51,028 nt of DNA. Origin: Deltaproteobacteria bacterium HGW-Deltaproteobacteria-1 (GTDB lineage: Bacteria > Desulfobacterota > Syntrophia > Syntrophales > Smithellaceae). The notes below the pieces were generated by a model. It was not told where the DNA came from, made no database searches, and saw nothing but the letters and a program-made list of their open reading frames with translations. The position numbers and the translations under genes are program-made. The stretch lies in the NCBI GenBank assembly GCA_002840635.1, contig PHBN01000038.1, positions 1 to 51,028 on the forward strand. The letters are read 5' to 3'. Numbering within the stretch: the stretch's first letter is position 1; the number at the start of each line of letters is the position of its first letter. Shown here piece after piece: positions 26,832-36,247 of this stretch.

Positions 26832-27320
26832 TTACAGGAAATAGTAAGACATAAAGGTTACCGGGAAAACAAGTTGCGGGAAAATTTTTTCTTCCACTTT
26901 TTCAAATCCAAGTTTTTCATACCAGTCATGCAATTCCCGGTGTTCGGCAATAATACCGATCTGCACGCGAAAAACGCCGAGGTTCCTCGCTTCCGACAAG
27001 GCGTGCTTCACCAGTGCTTCACCAAATCCCTGCCGGCGCTGCCCGGGTAAAACCGCGAGACGTTCCAGATAACAGACCTCATCGCTTATCTTTTCCAGAG
27101 CAACACATCCCACGGGCTGTTCCCCGTTTTCAAGAATATAGTAGGTGACGCCCCGGTTCATTTCCCGTATGATCCATTCAGAGCTGCAATTGGAAGGGTG
27201 GGTCGGGCTGTTCTGCGGGGTGAGCCCAAACCGTTCGGCCACATCCAGGAAAGAATCCTGTATGATCGCGGTCAGAACATCGATGTCCGTACTTGTCCCC
27301 AAGCGTATCCGGTATTCCAT
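26832..27320 (-). CDS. GNAT-family N-acetyltransferase
   Basis: 162 aa with the acetyl-CoA binding motif LAVLPGQRRQGFGEALV. Confidence 0.85.
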   Translation of the reverse strand: MEYRIRLGTSTDIDVLTAIIQDSFLDVAERFGLTPQNSPTHPSNCSSEWIIREMNRGVTYYILENGEQPVGCVALEKISDEVCYLERLAVLPGQRRQGFGEALVKHALSEARNLGVFRVQIGIIAEHRELHDWYEKLGFEKVEEKIFPQLVFPVTFMSYYFL

Positions 27321-27407
27321 TGTTCAACCTCCCTCAATCCCTGTTTGCAGGCAATACTAAACTATATCAGCCTTCAGCACAAGGCCGTTCAGGAAACCCA
27401 AATATTA

Positions 27408-27590
27408 TTATGGGTCGTCGCCAGGCTTGTCACACGCTACAATATGCAAATGGTTTTTGAAACTGCCCGCATGTATTCCGGGACGGTTCCTGCTCTGCCT
27501 TTGAATAAAATATTCGGGGTGACCAGCTTCGAACTGGGTTAGCAGCTCTTTTTCTTCGGAGCGCAGTCTTATTATGCCAGGGCCGGTGAA
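27408..27590 (-). pseudogene. possible C-terminal fragment of a HIT-family protein (no start codon)
   Basis: The open frame reads ...LRSEEKELLTQFEAGHPEYFIQRQSRNRPGIHAGSFKNHLHIVACDKPGDDP-stop. The AGxxxxHLHI stretch resembles the histidine-triad region. The N-terminal half is absent. Confidence 0.3.
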
Positions 27591-27621
27591 TCAGGCAGGG
27601 GCTTTTTGACCCTGCCTGATT
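27589..27621. other. 12-bp perfect-stem hairpin (AATCAGGCAGGG / CCCTGCCTGATT, 9-nt loop)
   Basis: Read directly. It lies just downstream (minus strand) of the stop at 27643, with no U-tract on either strand. Confidence 0.7.
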
Positions 27622-27642
27622 TGAATGTGTGTGTCCTGAATA

Positions 27643-28385
27643 TTAACGTCTCCATGGAGGCGGCGGTGCGTAGCCGTTATTGTTCCAGATCCGGTTTGAT
27701 GAATATCGATCGGATGAGCCATAGCAATCAACGATATTCTTTTTGCAGAGAGTTTCACGCCATTCGTATTTAATCAGAATGGACTCCGCGGCCTTTCTTT
27801 CGGGATTGAATGAAACACGGTAAGAAGGTGAATATTCTTCCCGGCCATAGCCGGTTCGGCTTCGGAGCGATCCCTCTTCCACGGCGCAGAGAAAAAACCG
27901 TCCTTATAGGGACGGAAGCGACGCTTTTCGGGATAAGCCACCACGGCGATAACTCCCATGGCGGACTCGTCGCCAAATGCCGCGGCATACGAATCCGGGA
28001 CATCGGTAAAGTAGAAACGGTTGATGGTGTCCTGTGCCGACCGCCAGCCTGAATATTCATTGGTCGTGTAGGGTTCAAGAACATACATTCTTTCATGATT
28101 TTTGAGCCATGACTTTTGTCCCGAAATGATATTCCTGCCGTCCACTGCGACAACAACGCCAACTCTCCGGTTGAGTTTGTTGCGTACAACAATCCGATAA
28201 TGATCGCCTTTTACAGCTTCTGCGTAAACCTTTTTCAGCGCCGGATGATCTTTCACGTGGTAGAATGGCAGCATGCGGCCGTTATCGGACACAATGCTGA
28301 CTTCTATCGTATCGCCGATGGTTTCGGCAGCGGCAAAGCTGACCCACATGAATAAAACCGCACACACTGCTAATAATGATTTCAT
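27643..28385 (-). pseudogene. secreted hypothetical protein split by a frameshift in an A6 run (27892..27897)
   Basis: AGGAGG lies upstream of the ATG at 28385. Signal peptide MKSLLAVCAVLFMWVSFAAA. The ORFs 27774..28418 and 27643..27882 join into one 247-aa frame if the run were A7. Confidence 0.6.
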
Positions 28386-28597
28386 GACGTTTCCTCCTTT
28401 GATGTGAAAATGTTCCATTCTTTTTGTTATTTAGACAAAACCAAAGGGGGAAAAGTTCCAGCCTCTTTTTTTATAACTGCCTATTTTACTTACAAACTGA
28501 AATACTCAATATTATTAGACATTGTACGAATAATAGGAAAATCGGCTCGTCCGGACACTGTGAACAGGGCACTACTTTTTATATAATTATTATCCTC

Positions 28598-28626
28598 TTG
28601 ACAAACAAGACACCCTCTCCTATATT
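28598..28626 (+). promoter_or_regulatory. near-consensus sigma70 promoter upstream of the GC-rich cassette
   Basis: TTGACA (28598..28603), a 17-nt spacer, then TATATT (28621..28626), 45 nt before the ATG at 28671. It is embedded in AT-rich DNA. Confidence 0.5.
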
Positions 28627-28670
28627 CATGCCCGCTAAAATGAAACTGTTATCATTTTAAAAAACGAAAT

Positions 28671-30965
28671 ATGACATCCAGCGCCGTCCCTCCCGCGAAC
28701 ACTGAAAAATCACTGCCCAATTCCTGGCGTGGCGATGTGCAAAACTGCCTCGTCGCCGGTGAAACCGTTGAGTCCTGGGTGGAGACCGATCTCGACGCCC
28801 GCCTCCACTTTGCCGACAACCTGGTGGTTATCACCAACCGACGCCTTTTGGCGCACATTCCGGGCAACGGCGAATGGAAAAGCTGGGATTTCCGTGCGGG
28901 ACTCTCCCTCCGCCATCGCAGCCATGTCGGCGTAGGCACGCTGGAGCTGGTGGACGACGGCGGTCGTCTGGCCATCTGGCACTATACCATGAACCGCAAC
29001 ATGGCCGCCCTCAGCGTCAGGAGGGCTTTTGAGGAGCAACTCGATAGCACCATCACCGGCCAGCCGGTGGCTAAACATGAGGAAATCCTATGTCCCAGGT
29101 GCAAATTGCCCCTTGAGCCTGGTATCGAGGAGTGTCCGATCTGCACCCGGGAAACGCAGACACCGCCTTCCACATGGACGCTCTTCCGCCTGTGGCGCTT
29201 TGCCAGGCCTTACAAGGGTCGTCTGCTGGCTGGCTTCCTGCTGACACTGGCCTCCACCGGCGCCACCCTGGTACCTCCCTACCTGACCATGCCGCTAATG
29301 GACAACGTGCTGATCCCGTTCCAGAACGGCAAGCCCATCGACGTTCGCCTGGTAGAGCTATACCTCAGCGGCTTGCTGGGCGCCGCCCTGCTTGCCTGGG
29401 GCTTGGGCTGGGCCCGCACCTATATTCTGGCCCTGGTGTCCGAGCGGATCGGTCGTGACCTGCGTACCGCTACCTTTGAGCACTTGTTACAGCTGTCGCT
29501 GGAGTACTTCGGCGGCAAGCGCACCGGTGACCTGATGGCCCGCATCGGTTCGGAGACGGACCGCATCAACCTCTTCCTCTCGCTGCACCTTCTGGATTTC
29601 GCCACAGACGTTCTGATGATCCTCCTCACTGCGATAATCCTTTTCTCCATCCATCCATGGCTGGCGCTGGTCACCCTGCTCCCTCTGCCCATCATCGCCT
29701 GGATGATCCATAACGTGCGCGACCGCCTGCGCACCGGTTTCGAGAAGGTGGACCGCATTTGGGCCGAGGTTGCCAACGTGCTGTCTGACGTCATCCCCGG
29801 TATCCGTGTGGTCAAGGCCTTCGCCCAGGAAAAGCGCGAGGCCGCCCGTTTCCGTGAAGCCAACTTACATAACCTGGTATTAAACGACCGCATTAACAAG
29901 ATATGGGCCCTCTTCAGTCCCACAGTGACTCTGTTCACCGAAGTCGGTCTGCTGGTTGTGTGGGGTTTCGGCATCTGGCAAATCAGCAAAGGCGAGATCA
30001 CCGTCGGCGTGCTCACGGCCTTCCTTGCTTACATCGGTCGATTCTACACTCGCCTCGATTCCATGAGCCGCATTGTTTCAGTGACCCAGAAGGCCGCCGC
30101 AGGCACCAAGCGCATCTTCGATATCCTCGATCACGTTTCCAGCGTACCGGAGCCTGTCAACCCGGTGCATCTCATGGACGTTCGCGGCGAAATTGAGTTA
30201 CGCAACGTCGGCTTCCGCTATGGCACCCGCGCTGTAACGCATGATGTCAGCCTGACGATCAAGTCCGGCGAAATGATCGGACTCGTCGGTCATTCCGGCT
30301 CCGGCAAGACCACTCTTGTGAATCTCATCTGCCGCTTCTACGACGTAACCGAGGGCTCCGTGCTTATCGACGGTGTGGACGTGCGTTCTGTGCCGGTGGC
30401 CGAGTTCCGCAGAAACATCGGCCTGGTTCTGCAGGAGCCCTTTCTCTTCTTCGGCACTATCGCCGAAAACATCGCCTATGGCAAACCGGACGCCACCCGC
30501 GAAGAAATCATCGCCGCCGCCCGCGCAGCCCATGCCCACGAGTTTATCCTGGGCCTGCCCAATGGCTATGACTCTCTGCTGGGTGAGCGCGGCCAGGGCC
30601 TCTCTGGCGGCGAGCGCCAGCGTATATCCATCGCCCGGGCCCTCCTCATCAATCCGAAGATCCTCATCCTTGACGAGGCCACCTCCTCAGTCGACACCGA
30701 GACCGAGAAGGAAATCCAGAAGGCCCTGGACAACCTCGTACGCGGCCGCACTACTATTGCTATCGCCCATCGCCTGTCCACCCTGCGTAAGGCCGACCGA
30801 CTCGTGGCCATGGACCGCGGCCAGGTGGTGGAAATGGGCAGCCACGATGAACTGATGGCTAAGGAAGGCCACTATTACCGTCTCTACCAGGCCCAGGCCC
30901 GCAATGTCGATACCGAACCGGAAATCCCGCGTGCCGTTGACCGGTTCAGGGAGCACGCAGCATGA
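28671..30965 (+). CDS. ABC exporter (fused TMD-NBD, type I) with a ~165-aa N-terminal PH-like domain plus CxxC-x10-CxxC zinc ribbon
   Basis: 764 aa. N-terminal GETVESWVETD...LVVITNRRLL (bacterial PH-like), CPRCKLPLEPGIEECPIC at 29091..29144, six TM helices, Walker A GHSGSGKTT, signature LSGGERQR, Walker B ILILDEATS, H-loop IAHRLST. Confidence 0.9.
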   Translation: MTSSAVPPANTEKSLPNSWRGDVQNCLVAGETVESWVETDLDARLHFADNLVVITNRRLLAHIPGNGEWKSWDFRAGLSLRHRSHVGVGTLELVDDGGRLAIWHYTMNRNMAALSVRRAFEEQLDSTITGQPVAKHEEILCPRCKLPLEPGIEECPICTRETQTPPSTWTLFRLWRFARPYKGRLLAGFLLTLASTGATLVPPYLTMPLMDNVLIPFQNGKPIDVRLVELYLSGLLGAALLAWGLGWARTYILALVSERIGRDLRTATFEHLLQLSLEYFGGKRTGDLMARIGSETDRINLFLSLHLLDFATDVLMILLTAIILFSIHPWLALVTLLPLPIIAWMIHNVRDRLRTGFEKVDRIWAEVANVLSDVIPGIRVVKAFAQEKREAARFREANLHNLVLNDRINKIWALFSPTVTLFTEVGLLVVWGFGIWQISKGEITVGVLTAFLAYIGRFYTRLDSMSRIVSVTQKAAAGTKRIFDILDHVSSVPEPVNPVHLMDVRGEIELRNVGFRYGTRAVTHDVSLTIKSGEMIGLVGHSGSGKTTLVNLICRFYDVTEGSVLIDGVDVRSVPVAEFRRNIGLVLQEPFLFFGTIAENIAYGKPDATREEIIAAARAAHAHEFILGLPNGYDSLLGERGQGLSGGERQRISIARALLINPKILILDEATSSVDTETEKEIQKALDNLVRGRTTIAIAHRLSTLRKADRLVAMDRGQVVEMGSHDELMAKEGHYYRLYQAQARNVDTEPEIPRAVDRFREHAA

Positions 30966-31429
30966 GTACCCTCAACCTTCAATTGGTCCGCAATCCCTTT
31001 GGCAGACTGATGCTCACCACCGCCCAGGGCACCGAGGAAGAAGTTGTTCCAGTGCGATCCTTTCCCATTGCCGCCCCGGAAAATAGCATTTCCCTGGTGA
31101 GCATGGATGGCCACGAACTGGCCTGGATCGAACATCTTGCCGACCTGCCCGACGCCCAGCGCCGATTGGTGGAAGAAGAACTGGCCAGCCGCGAGTTTGT
31201 GCCTGAGATCCGTGCCATTAAAACCATTTCCAGTTTCGCGACGCCCAGCACATGGCAGGTGGACACCGACCGCGGTCCCTTCGCCCTGGTGCTTGAGAGC
31301 GAGGATGACATCCGCCGTATTTCCCGGACCATGCTCATGATTTCCGACAGCAACGGCATCCAGTTCCTGGTGCGTGATCTGACCAAACTGGACCGGAGCA
31401 GCCGCAAGTTACTGGATGGTTTCCTATGA
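30962..31429 (+). CDS. DUF1854-family protein
   Basis: 155 aa. The start overlaps the ABC stop (ATGA). The sequence pattern (PFGRLMLT...VRSFPI...ISLV...EL..I..L..LP...R.L...EL..REF.PEI..I) fits my memory of DUF1854 proteins that accompany such transporters next to cphA. Confidence 0.7.
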   Translation: MSTLNLQLVRNPFGRLMLTTAQGTEEEVVPVRSFPIAAPENSISLVSMDGHELAWIEHLADLPDAQRRLVEEELASREFVPEIRAIKTISSFATPSTWQVDTDRGPFALVLESEDDIRRISRTMLMISDSNGIQFLVRDLTKLDRSSRKLLDGFL

Positions 31430-31541
31430 TTCACTTTGATAAAATAAGTAAAGTGATCGATAATTTTGACATCCAATCCGATGTGAAAACGATACCAGGC
31501 GATCCCCCGCATCCTGCGCGGGTACCCGGAAAGACACTATT

Positions 31542-33739
31542 ATGAGCAAAAAAGATATCGAATTCCTGAAGATCGTTCCCCTGCGCGGCCCTAACATGTG
31601 GACCTATCGTCCCGTGCTGGAGGCCTGGGTCAACATCCATGGCCTGGAGGATACCAACTCCAGCGCTTTACCCGGATTCTACGAGCGTCTGTCAGCCTGG
31701 CTCCCCTCCCTGGTTGAGCATCGCTGCAGCTATGGGGAGCGGGGCGGCTTCCTGCGCCGGGTGAAAGAGGGCACCTGGCCCGGTCATATCCTGGAGCACG
31801 TCACCCTGGAACTGCAAAACCTGGCCGGCCTCCCCGGCGGCTTCGGCAAGGCCCGCGAGACCAACCGCCGTGGAATCTACAAAGTGGTTATACGAGCCTG
31901 GCAGGAGGATGTCACCCGCGCTGCCCTTTATGCCGCCCGCGATCTGATCCTGGCGGCCATGGAGGACCGCTCCTTCGATGTGGCCGGCACCATCGAGCGC
32001 CTCACCGACATGGCGGACTCTCTCTGTCTCGGTCCCAGCACGGCTAGCATTGTTGATGCCGCAACCGAACGAGGCATCCCCACCATCCGTCTTCTGCCCG
32101 GCGGCAACCTGGTGCAGATCGGTTACAGTGCCGCCATGCGCAGGATATGGACAGCGGAAACCGACCGGACCAGTGCAATCGCCGAAACCATTTCCCGCGA
32201 CAAGGACCTGACCAAGACATTGCTTTCCTCCTGTGGCGTCCCCGTACCCGAAGGCCGCGAGGTGGACAGCGCGGGAGATGCCTGGGAAGCCGCCCAGAAC
32301 ATCGGTCTGCCGGTCTGTGTCAAACCCATCGACGGCAATCACGGTCGCGGTGTCTTTATCGACGTAAAGACCAGAGAAGAAGTGGAAATGGCCTATTCCT
32401 TTGCCGTCAATGAAGGCAGTGGCGTTCTCGTCGAGCGATCCATTCCGGGCACCGAGCACCGTCTGCTCATTGTCGGCGGCAAGCTGGCCGCCGCTACCCG
32501 CGGCGACGTAGTGCATGTAGAAGGCGACGGCAAATCCACCATGAGGGAACTGATCGAGATTCAGATCAATTCCGACCCGCGCCGCGGACCGACCGAACTG
32601 CATCCGCTCTCCGGCATTATTATAGATTCCATTGTCACCATGGAGCTGGCTCGCCAAGGCTTTAACGCGGAATCCGTTCCGGCAGCGGGCAAAAAAATTC
32701 TGATCCAGCGTACGGACAGCCACGCCTACGACGTTACCGACGAGGTACACCCTGACAATGCTGTCCTGGCCGCTTTGGCCGCACGAATCATCGGCCTCGA
32801 TATCGCCGGCATCGATCTGGTAGCGGAAAATATATCGAAACCCCTGTTCGAGCAACGCGGAGCGATCGTCGAGGTCAACGCCGGCCCCAGCCTGCTCATG
32901 CACCTTAAGCCAGCCGTCGGCCAGCCACGCCCGGTAGGCAAGGCCATTGTTGATTACCTCTTCCCCAAAGGCGAGACGGGGCGCATTCCCATCGTCGGCA
33001 TTTCGGGTTCCAGGGGCAAGACGTCAGTTGCCCGTTGCCTCGACCACCTGGTTCGTCTGTCCGGCAAGCATGTCGGTCTTGCCAGCAGCGACGGCCTCTT
33101 CCTGAATGGCCGCCACGTGCAGAAGACTGACGCCTCCAACTGGACTTCCGCCCGCCGGTTGCTGCTGAACCGTTCCGTTGAAACCGCCATTCTGGAGAAT
33201 GGCATCCGTGCTATTCTCGGCGAGGGTCTGGCTTACGATCGTTGTCAGGTGGGCGTGTTGACCAATCTGATGATCTCTACAAGGTGTTGCGCACCCAGGT
33301 GGATGTCGTTCTCAAGAGCGGCACTTGCATCCTCAATGCAGCTGACCCGCAATTGGTGGAAATGGCAAAACTCTCCGACGGTGAGGTGATCTTTTTTGCC
33401 CGGGAGGCTGACAGTCCTGTTGTAATCGAGCATTGCGCCGGAGGTGGGCGCGCCGTTATCGCGAAGAAAAACGAGATCATGCTGATTGCCGGCAATATTG
33501 AAACCCGCCTGGCCAGTCTGACCGATATTCCCAGCGTGCAGTTGGGTAACGAATCCTTTCGCATTGACAACGTCCTGGCCGCTTTGGCTGCCGGCTGGGC
33601 TTTGAATGTACCGCTGGAATTGCTGTCTGCCGGCATCAATGCTTTCGAACAGGAAGAACTGCACCCCAAAGGTCGTAACAACAACGGCCGCAAGCGCCAG
33701 AAGAAGAACAGACAGGGCAACCGTGCCCATTTGAAATAG
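31542..33739 (+). pseudogene. cphA: cyanophycin synthetase paralogue 1 (N domain, ATP-grasp, truncated Mur-ligase-like domain); frame change at ~33268-33272
   Basis: LRGPNMWTYRPVLEAWV, LGPSTASIVDAA, ATP-grasp core and P-loop GISGSRGKTS. Reading switches from the 31542..33389 frame to the 33242..33739 frame between VGVLTNL and DDLYKVLRTQ. It ends in a basic tail, GRNNNGRKRQKKNRQGNRAHLK. Confidence 0.85.
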
Positions 33740-33751
33740 AAAGAGGAATTC

Positions 33752-36153
33752 ATGGAAGTTTCACGCATCCGGGCCCTGCGGGGTCCCAACCTGTGGAGTC
33801 GGAATACGGCCATCGAGGCCATCGTTACGTGCAACGAGAACGAGCGCTCCCTCGACGCCCTCCCCGGTTTCGAAGAACGCCTGCGGGAACGATTTCCGGA
33901 AATTGGTTTTCTGAATGCCACCGGTCATTACAAAGATGTGCCCCTGGCCCGGGTCCTGGAATTTTCCGTTCTGGGCCTGCAGGCCCAGGCCGGTTGTCCT
34001 GTGACCTTCAGCCGCACATCGGAGACCATCAATAGTGGCACCTACCAGGTGGTGGTCGAATACAGCGAGGAAGATGTCGGACGGCTTGCCTTCGATCTGG
34101 CCGAACAACTCATCAAGGCCGCACTTGAAAATAAGCCCTTCGACCGTGCCAACGCTCTTAGCCGCCTCAAGAAATTGGATGAGAATGTCCGCCTCGGCCC
34201 CTCCACTGCCTCCATCGTCGAGGCCGCTGTTTCCCGTGGCATCCCTTACCGCCGACTGACCCAGGGCAGCCTCGTACAATTCGGCTGGGGCAGCAAGCAG
34301 CGTCGCATTCAGGCCGCCGAGACCGATCTCTCCAATGCCATTGCCGAATCCATTGCCCAGGATAAAGAACTAACCAAGCAATTACTGCATGCCACGGGTG
34401 TGCCGGTGCCTTTGGGCCGCCCGGTCACCAGCGCTGAGGATGCGTGGACCGCCGCCCAGGAAATCGGCGGCCCGGTAGTGGTGAAACCCCGTTATGGCAA
34501 TCAGGGTAAAGGCATTTCGGTCAACATCCAGACATGCGAGGAGATCACGGCGGCCTATAACACGGCCATCGAATTTTGCGATGAAGTCCTGGTGGAGCGT
34601 TACCTGCCGGGTCACGACTACCGCTTCCTGGTCATCGGCAACAAGCTGGTTGCCGCTGCCCGCCGCGACCCGCCACAGGTAATCGGTGATGGTATACACA
34701 CCGTGCGCGAATTGGTCGACCAGGTGAACGCCGATCCGCGTCGCGGCGAAGGCCATGCCACGTCCCTTACCAAGATCCGCTTTGATGACATCGCCCTGTC
34801 TCGCCTGGTCATGCAGGGTTTCGACGCCAACTCCGTGCCGCCCAGAGGCACCCGCATCATCCTGCGCAACAATGCCAACCTCTCCACCGGTGGCACCGCC
34901 ACCGACATCACCGACGACGTCCATCCGGAACTGGCTGCCTGCGCAGAGGCCGCCGCCCAGACCGTTGGCCTCGACATCTGCGGTATCGATGTAGTCTGCG
35001 AGACGGTATTGAAACCCCTGGAAGAACAGGGAGGCGGCATCGTCGAGGTGAACGCGGCCCCCGGCCTGCGCATGCACCTTTCGCCCTCCTATGGCAAGGG
35101 TCGCCCTGTGGGGGAAGCCATCGTTTCCATGATGTTCAAGCCGGGTGAGGATGCCCGCATTCCTGTCGTGGCTGTTGCCGGGACGAACGGAAAGACCACT
35201 ACAACGCGCCTCATCAGTAATATCCTGGCCAGGAACGGCAGGCGTGTGGGCCTGACCAGTACCGACGGCGTCTACGTTGAAGGCAGGCGTATTGACAGAG
35301 GTGACTGCAGCGGCCCTAAAAGCGCTCGCAACGTCTTACTGCATCCCTGTGTAGACATTGCCGTGTTTGAGACCGCACGTGGCGGCGTGCTGCGTGAGGG
35401 TCTCCGGCGATGGCTGCCACCTGCCCGGGTAGTGTCATCTACTTCGCCCGCGACAGCTTCCATCCGGTCATAGCTACTCACCGCGCTCAGGGGAAACGTG
35501 TGGTCTATGCCGAAGGCGACTACATCGTCCGTGCCGAAGGCAGGGACGAGCATCGTATTCCCCTTGCTGCCATCCCCATCACCGGCGGCGGCACCTTCGG
35601 CTTCCAGATCGAGAATGCCATGGCGGCCACGGCAGCCTGCTGGGCCCTGGGACTGTCCTGGGACACGATCTCCGCCGGTCTTGCTGGCTTCGTGAACGAC
35701 GCCCGGACGGCGCCTGGACGGTTCAACGTCTTCAACTACCACGGCGCCACTCTCATCGCCGACTACGGGCACAATCCGGACGCCATCCGGGCACTGGTCG
35801 ACGCCATAGAGACCATGCCGGCCAAAAAGCGGTTGGTGGTCATCAGTGGCGCCGGTGATCGCCGCAATGAAGATATCCGCCGTCAGACGGAAATTCTCGG
35901 CACCGCCTTCGACGAGGTCATCCTTTACCAGGATGCCTGCCAGCGCGGCCGTCAGGATGGTGAAGTCCTGACCCTCCTGCGTGAAGGCCTCTGCGGGGCC
36001 GAACGCACCTGCCACATCGAGGAGATCTACGGCGAGTTTCTGGCCATTGATAATGCCTTCAACCGCCTCAAAAGAGGCGATCTCTGCCTGATCCTCATCG
36101 ACCAGGTGGAAAAGGCCCTTGATCACATCGCCAGACGCATCGCCGAGGACTGA
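33752..36153 (+). pseudogene. cphA: cyanophycin synthetase paralogue 2 (full architecture) with an internal gap and frame change at ~35404-35409
   Basis: LRGPNLWSRNTAIEAIV, LGPSTASIVEAA, P-loop GTNGKTTT. After ARGGVLREGL the frame changes and resumes at AATCPGSVIYFARD. About 57 codons that are present in paralogue 1 and in reference CphA are absent. The C-terminal PGRFNVF...DYGHNPDA...GAGDRR region is intact. Confidence 0.85.
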
Positions 36154-36247
36154 TCAACAAAGCCCACTAAAGATTACAACAAAGATCGCAGAACGTAACC
36201 TTTAAGAAGGAACCGGTGGCGCTAAAGAGAAGAGCGTATGGTGGAAT

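Noticed and set aside
31692-32903. 403-aa antisense ORF, with similar long antisense ORFs at 29420..30016, 33277..33921, 34382..35077 and 35272..36126
   Set aside because: All lie opposite strongly recognisable ABC/CphA coding sequence. Their translations are Gly/Ala/Arg-rich with no motifs. They are typical shadow ORFs of high-GC3 DNA.
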